Below, one piece after another: positions 8,126 through 18,077 of a stretch of DNA of 64,000 bases. The stretch lies in sequence record MT799840.1, one strand, 5' to 3'. The translations under genes were made by a program, and so were the position numbers. The notes under the pieces are model-generated. The model was not told where the DNA came from, made no database searches, and saw only the letters and a program-made list of their open reading frames with translations. Every line of letters begins with the position of its first letter. Position 1 is the stretch's first letter.

Positions 8126-8685
8126 GCCAAAAAGAACGCGAGATGTTAACTGTACAACTGTTACACACTGCGCTCGAAGATATCTTTTACTCCGTTCCGG
8201 AAATGCCTAATGCACGTATGGAACCTTTGCTGGAACCTTATACTGACGCTTTTAATCTTACGATGATGTTGGTGGCTGACCAGATCATACTCCCACCGAA
8301 AACAGTTCCTGTGGAACGTACATATGTTTCCAGTGGCGGTTTGGGTGCCCCGGTTAATAAGACGAAAGAGACCGTAGCGATTTTACGTTCTACCGAATAT
8401 CTTATCGGATTGGCATTCGAAGACTGTTACAACAGTTTCCTGGACAGTATCCATGCACTTGTGGAGAATGCTGTGAAGGCCACCAACCAGCCGTTTAATC
8501 GTTATGCGACGATTAAACTGGAACCACACATAACCCATCGTGGGCAGGTGCAATCTCTGGAGTTGCAAATTGGAGAAGACATCAGATTCATCCACTACCG
8601 CCAATGCTTCCCAAACAAACGATATCGTCCGTCTGGTACTGATCGATCACATCGCCTCGACGGCATACGTCAGGATATTGAATGA
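8122..8685 (+). CDS. Hypothetical protein
   Basis: Start reassigned to ATG 8122 (ATGA overlap with the previous stop). Confidence 0.7.
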   Translation: MSQKEREMLTVQLLHTALEDIFYSVPEMPNARMEPLLEPYTDAFNLTMMLVADQIILPPKTVPVERTYVSSGGLGAPVNKTKETVAILRSTEYLIGLAFEDCYNSFLDSIHALVENAVKATNQPFNRYATIKLEPHITHRGQVQSLELQIGEDIRFIHYRQCFPNKRYRPSGTDRSHRLDGIRQDIE

Positions 8686-8698
8686 CCCCAGCGACATC

Positions 8699-9007
8699 AT
8701 GTTCAGCATGTATGATGTTAATACGGGGTTGAAGCATATCATTCTCTGTATGCTCGAATACATGATTCCGACATTTACAGAACACGGTACGTGGGACGTA
8801 GAAACAGTCTCACTGATTGTTAGGTGCTATCGTCCCAGAAGTAATTCGCGGGAAATCCACACCATCGCGTCTCACGTTCATCGTGCTATCTGTGAGGAAA
8901 TGGGCATTCCTCCGAAAGGGTATCGGTATCATTATAATCAAGCAGACAGAATTCTCCGTTTCATTCCACGTAAGGTAACAGATGTCTATGATGACGGTTT
9001 ATACTGA
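8699..9007 (+). CDS. Hypothetical protein (start uncertain; ORF track extends the frame to 8540)
   Basis: Protein-like sequence begins before the first ATG. No clear RBS. Confidence 0.55.
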   Translation: MFSMYDVNTGLKHIILCMLEYMIPTFTEHGTWDVETVSLIVRCYRPRSNSREIHTIASHVHRAICEEMGIPPKGYRYHYNQADRILRFIPRKVTDVYDDGLY

Positions 9008-9389
9008 GTTCGTGCGTTTGACTTGCCGACTCACCGCACTCGTCAAAGAGAATCTCGGCATCGATTACCAGGATGCTGCGGTAGAGCTTGACGACTATAT
9101 CGAGCAAATTGTTCGGTTGCATGTTCTGCGGAAAAAATATGGCGTTATCGATAGCATGATACGCCAGTTCTTTATGGAGTATGTTCACGATAACCCAATC
9201 ATTACACCAACCACGTCGGCAAAATACTGGGCTCTTTGTCGATTTGAGTTGTTGATACGGGACACCGATTGCATCTGGCAAGCAATCGACGAGGACATGA
9301 CTTATTTACCACAATCCGACTTCCTCCTTTGGCATGTAGGAGATGGTGTCTGGAAAATGTTAACTACAGGGGTTACTTACAATGATTGA
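8982..9389 (+). CDS. Hypothetical protein
   Basis: 135-aa ORF in a tightly coupled operon. Confidence 0.7.
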   Translation: MSMMTVYTEFVRLTCRLTALVKENLGIDYQDAAVELDDYIEQIVRLHVLRKKYGVIDSMIRQFFMEYVHDNPIITPTTSAKYWALCRFELLIRDTDCIWQAIDEDMTYLPQSDFLLWHVGDGVWKMLTTGVTYND

Positions 9390-9891
9390 GCGATCTCATT
9401 TTTATATCCCCGGCTATCAGTTATTGGCTGGGCCGTTAACGGAGTTTTCGCCAAACGATGTGCTCCGCGAAGTGAATGACGATTTGAACTCGATAATCAA
9501 TACCGCCATGAGCTTCGTGGAACGTGGAACCATTGGTAGTGAGTTAAAGTTTATGATGAACAATACCTTTGGGTTTGTTTCTCGTACGCTGAATGCACAC
9601 GGCGTTGTGCTGGAAAATGAGCAAGTAATCACCTACGGCACTGCAATTCAAAACATCGGCCGAGCGTATATGACTGCTGTGTCACAGTCTCCTTATTGGT
9701 TTACTCACTACGGTCGTTGGGTCGGTGCGCAATACACAACGCGCAATCCATCGGATGTCGAATTCTTACTGGATTATAACGGTGGTGATAAGTTCCCACA
9801 GTTTGCCAGCCAAGAAGCGTACGAGCGCATCACTCCACAACTTCTGCCGGTTATCGATTTGCTTATCGGTAATCTCGGAGGTCGTGTATGA
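9382..9891 (+). CDS. Hypothetical protein
   Basis: 169-aa ORF with overlapping start/stop. Confidence 0.75.
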   Translation: MIERSHFYIPGYQLLAGPLTEFSPNDVLREVNDDLNSIINTAMSFVERGTIGSELKFMMNNTFGFVSRTLNAHGVVLENEQVITYGTAIQNIGRAYMTAVSQSPYWFTHYGRWVGAQYTTRNPSDVEFLLDYNGGDKFPQFASQEAYERITPQLLPVIDLLIGNLGGRV

Positions 9892-10376
9892 GCGTTCTGT
9901 TTGATGTGGCTGATATTGCGAACCAATATAGCGCGACTCGGTTTTACGAGCATGTTCGTGAAGCGGCATTGCGTGTACTGGAAGCCAGTAACCTGGAGAT
10001 TGATGAAACACAGATACGTGATTTTTATCAACGTTTTGCGTTTGCGTATATCATCGGTGTGAAAACTCGTGACCCTTCGACGATGGTTGATTTGTTACAG
10101 GAAGACACGCTTGAACCTCTGGGCAATTGGGAGCTGGTGACCGATGGCCTGTCCGTTGACCAGTTCGCTAAGGAAACGTCCGTCGATACGACGTTTCTGG
10201 CAGCACAAGGTTCGCCCGAACAACATCAAGCAGCCTTCGGCGCTGCGGTAAGTTTGCTGGTCGAAGAGTTAACAAACTTAACTGGTTTTGCTGGACTGAT
10301 AGAGTCGCTGTATCCGGGGCGATATCAAACGTATGTAGGTGATAGTTTTAACGATGTGGTGTTAATCTGCGAATGA
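9888..10376 (+). CDS. Hypothetical protein
   Basis: 162-aa ORF, GGAGG RBS, ATGA overlap. Confidence 0.75.
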   Translation: MSVLFDVADIANQYSATRFYEHVREAALRVLEASNLEIDETQIRDFYQRFAFAYIIGVKTRDPSTMVDLLQEDTLEPLGNWELVTDGLSVDQFAKETSVDTTFLAAQGSPEQHQAAFGAAVSLLVEELTNLTGFAGLIESLYPGRYQTYVGDSFNDVVLICE

Positions 10377-10804
10377 AACTGTACATGACCATAGGCGAAG
10401 TCTTCAAATATGAGTCGTTGTTGGCACGGGCCGAGATTGCTGATACTAGCGAGATCGAGCCCGCTGTCGCTTATTTGTTTCTGGCCAGTTACGCTGAATT
10501 AACGGTACGTTCTATTGTTAATGGGCTAGGTAAGGGTGAGAACTTTCTTACTTTTATTCCCCCAGACCCTGCGTTGATACTGGAACAGTTGCGCGGGATG
10601 TGGGGTACTGAAAAGGTACTGCCTCTAAACTGCTACAACATGAGCAGTGGGATTAAGGATGATGTTCGGTTCTATGAAATCCTTTCCGTGATAGAACGTG
10701 TGTGGGGCATGGCTGGCTTGACTCCAGAAGACGGAGCAAAAAAGACAAAGGTTTCACTCCTTATGAATGAAATTGGCAACGCACTCATCTGTGTTGAATG
10801 TTAA
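10373..10804 (+). CDS. Hypothetical protein
   Basis: 143-aa ORF, ATGA overlap. Confidence 0.75.
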   Translation: MKLYMTIGEVFKYESLLARAEIADTSEIEPAVAYLFLASYAELTVRSIVNGLGKGENFLTFIPPDPALILEQLRGMWGTEKVLPLNCYNMSSGIKDDVRFYEILSVIERVWGMAGLTPEDGAKKTKVSLLMNEIGNALICVEC

Positions 10805-10813
10805 GGAGTACGA

Positions 10814-11413
10814 ATGATCTACAAGGTGATCGCCAACCACTTGATTAATGTGGACTTGGGGGTCGTGGGGTATCTTCCGGACGGTATGCGGTTTTTGGAT
10901 TTGGTGGTTGACACCGTAGTCCGCCTACCGCGTATCACCGTGGAGATACCCGTAAAAGAATTGGACCAGGACGAGATGCACGAACTTATACGTGAAACGC
11001 TGACCAGCTACACGTACGAGTTTCGTTGCATGTTACCTCGCACCGACCTTACGTTCTTGCACGACTTCTTTACGTTACTGACTGACGAGTACCGTCGGTG
11101 GAAGTTTAATGTTGCAATGGAAGCCAGCACTGAATCACATTTTAACGGGCTGACACCATTGTTAGATTTAGCGTTGATGTACAAAGAGCAAGACAGTTCA
11201 CACTGGGCTACGCTCAAGCACTACACGCTGGATCTAATGGCGACCGCCGTAACGGAGGCAGTTATGGCGCATTATGTTGAGCCGGTGAAGATGTTCTTAG
11301 AGGCGCATAATGGCGCTATCCGTACGTTGGTTCTCAAGGTGGACTTCCCGAAAACACCAGTGACCAATGCTTTGGATATGAGGCTGCTTATTGATGTTCC
11401 TGAGGAGGAATAA
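10814..11413 (+). CDS. Hypothetical protein
   Basis: 199-aa ORF with AAGGAG RBS. Confidence 0.8.
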   Translation: MIYKVIANHLINVDLGVVGYLPDGMRFLDLVVDTVVRLPRITVEIPVKELDQDEMHELIRETLTSYTYEFRCMLPRTDLTFLHDFFTLLTDEYRRWKFNVAMEASTESHFNGLTPLLDLALMYKEQDSSHWATLKHYTLDLMATAVTEAVMAHYVEPVKMFLEAHNGAIRTLVLKVDFPKTPVTNALDMRLLIDVPEEE

Positions 11414-11823
11414 TGTTCGATTTACGCACACTGGTCGCTGGGCAAAAAGTTAACATTGTTTACGACACCCCTTTGAAAGGGCAAGAGACGCGTGTAATTA
11501 TTCTGGCAACCGGCGTTGGCTATGAAATGGCCAAAAGCTATATGGATGTGATGGCGGAACAGAAGAATATCTACTCATCCATCGTCTCTCAGCCAGAAGA
11601 TAACGTGAACAAATACACGTATCTGATTTTCAAAGGTGTTGACGGCAAACCCAAAGTCGCTGCCGATGCCTGGATTCGTGATGTTCAGATTATCGAAAAC
11701 ACGAAGGTGCGTTTCACCGTCACTCTGGATAACAAACAGGAGATTGACGACCTTAAACGCGCCCTGGCTGCCAATGGTTTCAATGATGTCGATTTTGAAA
11801 TCGTTGAGAGCATTGCCGGTTAA
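11413..11823 (+). CDS. Conserved phiKZ gp49-like (SH3-fold-like) protein
   Basis: 136 aa, GAGGAGG RBS, beta-rich. Sits directly upstream of DNA polymerase, as in phiKZ-like core synteny (recalled). Confidence 0.6.
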   Translation: MFDLRTLVAGQKVNIVYDTPLKGQETRVIILATGVGYEMAKSYMDVMAEQKNIYSSIVSQPEDNVNKYTYLIFKGVDGKPKVAADAWIRDVQIIENTKVRFTVTLDNKQEIDDLKRALAANGFNDVDFEIVESIAG

Positions 11824-11826
11824 AGT

Positions 11827-11859
11827 AATCCCACTCTTCGGAGTGGGTTATTTTTTTTT
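11827..11859 (+). terminator. Rho-independent terminator
   Basis: AATCCCACTC-TTCG-GAGTGGGTT + T-tract. Confidence 0.85.
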
Positions 11860-11914
11860 CTTTTTTCACGTATCCCGCAAGTCTTATAGCTGAGTAAAAA
11901 CCAAGGGGCCAGAC

Positions 11915-14194
11915 GTGGACTACAATTCACCATTTCGTCTTAGTCAAGACGAGTATCATCGCGACATTGACGTTATCGATGCGTACTACGAACAACTGGC
12001 GCTCTACATTCATACCGTCACCAACGGGAAATATTCTTTGGAGTTCTGTCGACAGCAGGTCGAAGAAATGTTCCAACCTGGTGGTGAGTTAGTACACGAA
12101 TTCCCCGTGTGTAAGATGTGGGTGCGCAATCAAAAGACCGGCGATCGCGAAGAAAAATACACCACGGTAGATAAACTGTTCCGTACAGTGATTGATAAGC
12201 AGATCATTTCTGCACCGTCGTTGACTTTCTATTTGCCGGAACACGTAAAGCGTTCTAAGCTTGCCGAATTTACCGCAGAGAACGTGCGTAAGCGTGCGGT
12301 GGTTAAGAAAGAGATGTATGCAGCCGGTGCTGCAGGCAACGAAGTTTTACGTATTAACAAAAAGAACGAACAGAATGCTGTTAAAACGCTGAACAACGGG
12401 ATGTCTGGTGCTTTCTCATCACCGTACACGGTAATCTTTAACCAGTCTTCGCACTCTGTATTGACGTCAACCTGCCGTACGGCTACATCGTTCGGTAACG
12501 CTGGCAACGAACGTCTACTGGGTGGTAATCGTCACTACGATACACCGTCCCGTGTTATCGATCACTTACTGTCTATTGGTACACTGACTAACTTTGCGGA
12601 GTTCAAGAAGTGTATGGAACTCTATAACCTCCACTACCCAACTGTGGACGAGGTTATGGAAGTGGTTACGTACTCTGCAGACTTCTATTTCCGCAATGAT
12701 GAAGGACTGGAGTTTATCCGCCACTACGTAGGTAACTGTAGCCCATTAGTGCGTGCTGCGTTTGTCTACATGGGCGACTTCTATCACTTGGCAAAATACA
12801 ACGATGAATTCATGCGTGGGTTTATCGGTGCGCTGATTGCTGAGGAGATGGAAGACGAGATCACAGATTGGGACGCCGCCGAGCGCTCCATCGACGGCGA
12901 TATGCAGATTATTATCTCGCAGTTCCGTACTGATATCGTACCGTTAGGTAAGTCTTTCTCTGACGTTAAACTCAAAGACGAAAATACGAATAAAGCGGAA
13001 CCGTGGGATAAGCAGGAAAAATACAAAGAGCTGATTCGCTCAGCTGTGTATCTGCAGAAAACCATCGGTAAGTACGCGTGCTTGATTCGTAACATCCTGA
13101 CCACCAAAAACCTGCCAATCAACATTGCCAGGATGCCCGACGTAGTTCGTCGTGTTGGTGTGGTATCTGATACCGACTCCACGATGATGACTGCACAGTG
13201 GTGGGCACAGTGGTATACCGGTCAACATTACGGTCGTGAAGCTACGCGCGTATCGGATGCGATGATTTATATCGCAACCCAACACTTACGTCATCTGATG
13301 GCGAGTATGTCGGCGAACATCGGTGTGGCGAAAGAGCGTCTGTTCTTGTACGCAATGAAGAACGAATTTAAGTTCGACTCCTTTGCGTTAACCACGAAAG
13401 CAAAACACTATTTCTCCATCATCACTGGCCAGGAAGGGCAGTTGAAGTCTGACCCTGAGTTAGAAGTTAAAGGTGTGTCTTTACGTACGTCGAACATACC
13501 GCCGGTGGTCATGAAAGAGTTCAAACGCACGATTAAAGAACTCTGTGAGATCGTGGCACGTGGTGACAAGATTAAGATTCTGCCTCTGCTGGAAAAGGTT
13601 GCTGCAATTGAGCACGTTGTGGTGGATTCTATTCGCGCTGGTAAAGCAGGCTACCTGAAAACAACCAACGTCAAAGACCGTAGTGCGTACTCTGAAGATG
13701 ATGAAAAGAGTTACCACTACCATCGCATGTACAACGCTATCTTTGGACCGAAGTACGGCTACCTGGACGAACCGCCTTATGACGCCGTGAAGCTTCCGGT
13801 AAACCTGGAGAACAAAACAGCCGTTAAAGAGTGGCTGGAAAACATTAAAGACCCGATGATTAAGACCACCGCAACACGGTGGTTCGAAGAAAACAACTAT
13901 CGTACCTATCGTACTCTGATACTGCCAGAGTTCCTGGTGGAAAACTTCGGTATTCCGCCGGAGCTGATTGATGCTGCAGACACACGTCGAAGCGCATTCT
14001 CCACAGTAGAACCTTACTATCACATTCTGGAATGTCTGGGTGTGTTCATGATGGACAAGAATAGAACTCGTCTGCTTTCGGATTACTACGGTGAGTCTGT
14101 AGATTCCGTCAAGGAAGAATTAGGTAGTGGTGAGTACGTTAAGAAATCTGAACGTGATGGAGAGGAAGAAGATGGGGAAGAAGCGGAGGAGTAA
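11915..14194 (+). CDS. Family B DNA polymerase, C-terminal catalytic subunit (phiKZ gp50-like)
   Basis: Motif B QNAVKTLNNGMSG, motif C VVSDTDST, FALTTKAKHY and LEVKGV. Lacks the exonuclease domain and motif A. Confidence 0.85.
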   Translation: MDYNSPFRLSQDEYHRDIDVIDAYYEQLALYIHTVTNGKYSLEFCRQQVEEMFQPGGELVHEFPVCKMWVRNQKTGDREEKYTTVDKLFRTVIDKQIISAPSLTFYLPEHVKRSKLAEFTAENVRKRAVVKKEMYAAGAAGNEVLRINKKNEQNAVKTLNNGMSGAFSSPYTVIFNQSSHSVLTSTCRTATSFGNAGNERLLGGNRHYDTPSRVIDHLLSIGTLTNFAEFKKCMELYNLHYPTVDEVMEVVTYSADFYFRNDEGLEFIRHYVGNCSPLVRAAFVYMGDFYHLAKYNDEFMRGFIGALIAEEMEDEITDWDAAERSIDGDMQIIISQFRTDIVPLGKSFSDVKLKDENTNKAEPWDKQEKYKELIRSAVYLQKTIGKYACLIRNILTTKNLPINIARMPDVVRRVGVVSDTDSTMMTAQWWAQWYTGQHYGREATRVSDAMIYIATQHLRHLMASMSANIGVAKERLFLYAMKNEFKFDSFALTTKAKHYFSIITGQEGQLKSDPELEVKGVSLRTSNIPPVVMKEFKRTIKELCEIVARGDKIKILPLLEKVAAIEHVVVDSIRAGKAGYLKTTNVKDRSAYSEDDEKSYHYHRMYNAIFGPKYGYLDEPPYDAVKLPVNLENKTAVKEWLENIKDPMIKTTATRWFEENNYRTYRTLILPEFLVENFGIPPELIDAADTRRSAFSTVEPYYHILECLGVFMMDKNRTRLLSDYYGESVDSVKEELGSGEYVKKSERDGEEEDGEEAEE

Positions 14195-14327
14195 GAATAA
14201 GTCACGATCGTGTGTACCACAAACAATAACCGTTACGTGGGTGGACCCAGCACCGGTACCGACGGCGCTACTCAATCTTTGGTTATCTTATCTAAAGGAT
14301 GAACATTGTGTCGAAACGAAACAGTAA
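14172..14327 (+). CDS. Possible small basic protein
   Basis: GAGGA RBS then MGKKRRSKNKSRS... Bridges the gap between the polymerase and the next ORF. Confidence 0.35.
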   Translation: MGKKRRSKNKSRSCVPQTITVTWVDPAPVPTALLNLWLSYLKDEHCVETKQ

Positions 14328-14580
14328 AGCAAATAACTGGGGCTGGCGACAGCTCTATTTGCACAGCCAGCCTAACCTGGTACGGCAGCATGTGTTGTCT
14401 TTGCCAACGCAGTTTCAAACACTGGCATCGTGTGAAGGTTCAGTATCGCCACGCGATGATCGTTGGAAAACCGTGAAACCGGTTGTGTCTATTGACAAGC
14501 AATTTGACAATCCTCTCGACGGTTGGTTTGCAGCAATAGGCGGTTTAAACGTACGGGTGGAAGGGTATGTATCGAAATAG
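14299..14580 (+). CDS. Hypothetical protein
   Basis: 93-aa ORF with AAGG RBS. Confidence 0.55.
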   Translation: MNIVSKRNSKANNWGWRQLYLHSQPNLVRQHVLSLPTQFQTLASCEGSVSPRDDRWKTVKPVVSIDKQFDNPLDGWFAAIGGLNVRVEGYVSK

Positions 14581-14764
14581 TGGGAAGTCCACAGAGATGA
14601 TAACCGCAATCCGTCGCGACCTCGAAGAACGAGGTTGTGTGGATATTGAGTTGCATCAGGCAGGCGAAACGGTGCATATCACGGCATTGGATGCCAAACG
14701 GAAACGTAGCATCACTGTGTGGGGTAAACCGTACGCAAGTGATCTCACGGAGACGATAAAATAG
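14567..14764 (+). CDS. Hypothetical protein
   Basis: 65-aa ORF ending before a bidirectional terminator. Confidence 0.6.
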   Translation: MYRNSGKSTEMITAIRRDLEERGCVDIELHQAGETVHITALDAKRKRSITVWGKPYASDLTETIK

Positions 14765-14773
14765 TAGACAGAC

Positions 14774-14818
14774 AAAAAAATAAAAAAAAAGAACTACACA
14801 CCGAAGTGTGTAGTTTTT
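14774..14818. terminator. Bidirectional terminator
   Basis: AACTACACAC-CGAA-GTGTGTAGTT (TTCG loop on the minus strand) with a long A-tract 5' and a T-tract 3'. Confidence 0.8.
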
Positions 14819-14867
14819 GTATATAGTATGAATACTCGAAAGAGTGTTCGCGAGGAGAGAGTAAGTC

Positions 14868-15935
14868 TTATTTTTCTTCTAGCTCTGTCGTCAACGGGAT
14901 AATCAAATCGCGTTGGATGAAGTTATAGAAGGATTTGGTCAAACGTGTGAGGACTTTAGAGTCCACATAACGCGCCAAATCAACCAACATCGTACGTTTG
15001 TGTTTCTCCATATTCCCCTGGTTGTATTGAAGACAAAACAGTGCCCAGTACCAGTTCACCATGTTCTGGTGCCAGGTGTTCTGCAGTGTTTGACCTGGTT
15101 CTCGAAAGACAATCAGTTCCAGTGCAGTGTGGCCTTCTTCATCAGGGTGTTGGAAGAACAATGGGATGTTGTTTAAGACTTGTCCCGGTAACGGGTTGGT
15201 AGCCAGTAGTTTACTACGGATGCCTTTTGCGTGCTTCACAGCTAAAGCTTGAAGCGGCGGAACAGGAATGACACGTAATGTTTCATCCGGTTCAATCTCT
15301 TTCCCGAAGGCTATCGCACGATGTATATTTACAAAGGCGATATCCATGTAGCTCGGCAACATGCGAGAGATCACATGTCGTTGGAGATACACAGGTGTGG
15401 CAATAGGTTCGGTGCCGCGACTGTAGTGCTGCTGACCTTTGACATATTGCCAAAGCAAAGCAACCAGGTTGATTTCGATCACCGTAACACCTCGGGGCCG
15501 TCCGTCACCGAACTTCCAATTGAGGTTGGTATACTCATGGTAGAGGTAACGGGCGGGGGTGTAGTCGCGGAACGAAAGGTCTGGATTTACTGGGCGGGCT
15601 ACGAGAGAGATTACCTCATCTTGGCCCTGGATAAACTTGCTATTAAAGATTTGACCGTACTCACCAACAGACGTCAAGCGTAAGGCGTTACCGATCTGAA
15701 CAAGCTTGCGACGGCAAGCCCATTCGATGTCTTCGTACTCTGGTTCACCGGCATAGCCGATGGCAGACAACACCTGTTGCAACAAATGGCCATTACCAGC
15801 ACTGCGATTAAGCTGTTCGTAGTAGTTGCGTATACGCTGGCTGTTGTTTTTTACGTGAGCCGCTAATGTTATAGCGGAGGGGTCCGTGCTGTGACCCTTT
15901 ATGGCCACTTGGTTTAACTCGGCTTGGCTGAACAT
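14868..15935 (-). CDS. Conserved phiKZ-like protein between polymerase and chmA, probably virion
   Basis: Start reassigned to MFSQAELN (TAAGGAG RBS). TATG late-type motif at 15956-15959 on the minus strand. Synteny with recalled SPN3US gp21/phiKZ gp52. Confidence 0.7.
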   Translation of the reverse strand: MFSQAELNQVAIKGHSTDPSAITLAAHVKNNSQRIRNYYEQLNRSAGNGHLLQQVLSAIGYAGEPEYEDIEWACRRKLVQIGNALRLTSVGEYGQIFNSKFIQGQDEVISLVARPVNPDLSFRDYTPARYLYHEYTNLNWKFGDGRPRGVTVIEINLVALLWQYVKGQQHYSRGTEPIATPVYLQRHVISRMLPSYMDIAFVNIHRAIAFGKEIEPDETLRVIPVPPLQALAVKHAKGIRSKLLATNPLPGQVLNNIPLFFQHPDEEGHTALELIVFREPGQTLQNTWHQNMVNWYWALFCLQYNQGNMEKHKRTMLVDLARYVDSKVLTRLTKSFYNFIQRDLIIPLTTELEEK

Positions 15936-15986
15936 GGCAGACTCCTTAGATTCCACATAGGAAGTCAGTCACAGTCAAAAATATCT

Positions 15987-16002
15987 CAGATTGATATTAT
16001 CT
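15987..16002 (+). promoter_or_regulatory. Putative early promoter 1 of chmA
   Basis: CAGATTGATATTATCT. Confidence 0.6.
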
Positions 16003-16079
16003 ATGTGACAGTTCCTGAGAAATGTCTGGACTATGTGCCTTGTAAGTAAGCGACGGCATACTTGCATTCCATGAAATTA

Positions 16080-16095
16080 CAGGCAGATATTATCT
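16080..16095 (+). promoter_or_regulatory. Putative early promoter 2 of chmA
   Basis: CAGGCAGATATTATCT. Confidence 0.6.
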
Positions 16096-16141
16096 CTGCG
16101 AACCGAACTATGATTGCAATCACTATTAAGGAATATTTAAA

Positions 16142-17995
16142 ATGGTAAAAATCGTTGACTCTAACAACAACGCTCAGCAGAACAACACTCAGACTCAAGA
16201 CACCGCACCACTGGGCGGTCTGGGCAACGAGACTGTAAAAGTGCAAACTGCTGTGCCGGGTACTTCTACTGTCAGCCAATTCGATAACGCATTTGGCATC
16301 CGCAACATCAGCACTTATGCAATGCACTTCACCAACCTCCTGGATGAGCTGAAGAAAAGCAACGAATACCTCAACGCATTCCGCTGGGGCACCATCGTCG
16401 GCGTGGGTAACGAAATGGGTTCCGCGGCGTACGTCGCAGGCCAATGGCAGGGCCACTGGCTGTACGGTATCATCTTCTTTGAACGCGGTCAGTCTCTGCG
16501 TCTGAAAGAAACTACCAACAACGGCCAGGAAGACTACTACACCATCACTGAACTGTTCAACAAAGACGTGCTGGCAGTAGTACAGAAAAACATCATGGAA
16601 GCGCATGGTCTGACCAATGCGAACTTCATGATCATCAACTCCGTACCAGACCTGGGTAAAGTTCTGGATGCTGAGTGGGCACGTACCCTGATGGGTCAGA
16701 TGATGATGGGTATCTTCGGTCGTATCGCAGGCTACCTGGGTACACTGAACCTGCGTAAGCATGACCGTTATCAGGCCTCAGTAATGCCGCTGGAAGATGG
16801 CGCGGTTGTGGATGCTAACGGCCACGCACAGCGTGCTGATTTCGCAATCACCGTTGAGCACAGCCCAAGCAACGTAACCGACGCCACTCCGACTCTGCTG
16901 GACACCAATCAGGTACAGGTGTATCCGCGTGTATCCGGTACTGGTTTCGTCAATATGCGTTTCACCGGTCAGAAGCCTGTCGTTAACGGCGTCTACGACC
17001 TGAAACAGCTGCAGGCTGAAATCGTAGTAAGTCTGATCGATTCTCAAACTGAAGGTGCAATGGCACCGTATGAACGTCAACTGCTGCTGCTGGCTGCATT
17101 TGCAGAAATCGCGGCAATCGGTGGCTGGCGTGACCTGTTTGTGAAACGTCTGAACAAACAAGATCGCAAGTTCTCCCGTGTGGCAGAATACCTGTCCTGG
17201 GGCGCTGACGCTCGTCCTGACGTATCCAAAATCGACGGTAGCCGTGAAGCTATCGAAGGTTGCCTGGATATGTTCGCACCGCGTGAAGCAGCACTGGTAG
17301 TTAGCCATCGTGCCGGTAACGGCCTGGGTGGTCTGTCTACTTTGCTGTCTGAAATTGCGGTCGGTTACGACAACTCTCTGAAACAGCTGCTCGCTATTCT
17401 GAATTCCATGTCCCCGCGTGATCAGAACGGCGAAGTTGTTGCAGCGACCAGCTTCACTGCAGTATTTGCTTCTGCACTGAAAGCACAGCTGGGCGATGCC
17501 TTCAATGGTACCATCCATTGCAGCCACATCGTGAAAGCAGCCGTACCGACTGTTTCCGGTGTTTACACCGGTACTGCACAGAAACGTAGCTTCCAGGATA
17601 TGGACCTGATTTCCGTTGTTACCAAACTGGGTGATAACGCGAACGACGTCTATAGCTACCTGAACGCACAGTCCTACAGCCACCGTGAACTGAACGAGCG
17701 TCAACAGCGTATCTACATGCTGAAACTGGCCGCTTCTCTGTTCGCATCCAAAGCACCGCAAGCTACCGGTGAATCTCTGGATATGGCTATCAACCCGATC
17801 TTCGGTAAATGCCTGCTGGACTTCGTCCGTAACAACTGCACCTGGTCTATGACTGGTGTAAATGCCTACAACACGATGGCGACCTCTCTGTTCTTCAACA
17901 ACGGTGGGGAAGACTTCACGCTGTCTGGCAACGGCCTGTCTGCAAGCGGTTCCGATTTCGGTCTGGGCGTGACTCTGAGCAACTTCAAACTGTAA
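16142..17995 (+). CDS. chmA: Chimallin / phage nuclear shell protein
   Basis: 617 aa with very strong high-expression codon bias, tandem early promoters, its own terminator and a low-complexity N-terminus. Sits immediately upstream of the nvRNAP beta-prime N gene, the conserved chmA locus. Assigned by size and synteny. Confidence 0.8.
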   Translation: MVKIVDSNNNAQQNNTQTQDTAPLGGLGNETVKVQTAVPGTSTVSQFDNAFGIRNISTYAMHFTNLLDELKKSNEYLNAFRWGTIVGVGNEMGSAAYVAGQWQGHWLYGIIFFERGQSLRLKETTNNGQEDYYTITELFNKDVLAVVQKNIMEAHGLTNANFMIINSVPDLGKVLDAEWARTLMGQMMMGIFGRIAGYLGTLNLRKHDRYQASVMPLEDGAVVDANGHAQRADFAITVEHSPSNVTDATPTLLDTNQVQVYPRVSGTGFVNMRFTGQKPVVNGVYDLKQLQAEIVVSLIDSQTEGAMAPYERQLLLLAAFAEIAAIGGWRDLFVKRLNKQDRKFSRVAEYLSWGADARPDVSKIDGSREAIEGCLDMFAPREAALVVSHRAGNGLGGLSTLLSEIAVGYDNSLKQLLAILNSMSPRDQNGEVVAATSFTAVFASALKAQLGDAFNGTIHCSHIVKAAVPTVSGVYTGTAQKRSFQDMDLISVVTKLGDNANDVYSYLNAQSYSHRELNERQQRIYMLKLAASLFASKAPQATGESLDMAINPIFGKCLLDFVRNNCTWSMTGVNAYNTMATSLFFNNGGEDFTLSGNGLSASGSDFGLGVTLSNFKL

Positions 17996-18024
17996 TCGAA
18001 TCGGTTACTGAGTAGTTAGGAAAC

Positions 18025-18062
18025 GGACGGGGGCTAACGCCTCCGTCCTTCCCTCTTTTTTT
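18025..18062 (+). terminator. Rho-independent terminator after chmA
   Basis: GGACGGGGGC-TAAC-GCCTCCGTCC + pyrimidine/T tract. Confidence 0.8.
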
Positions 18063-18077
18063 GTTGAGGTTGACAGA

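Noticed and set aside
8610-8616. C CCA AAC slippery heptamer as a -1 frameshift
   Set aside because: The -1 frame hits TGA about ten codons later, and the downstream gene is in the +1 frame.
16031-17761. Long antisense ORFs opposite chmA (243 aa, 327 aa)
   Set aside because: They are shadow ORFs caused by strong sense-strand codon bias, with no RBS and no protein-like features.
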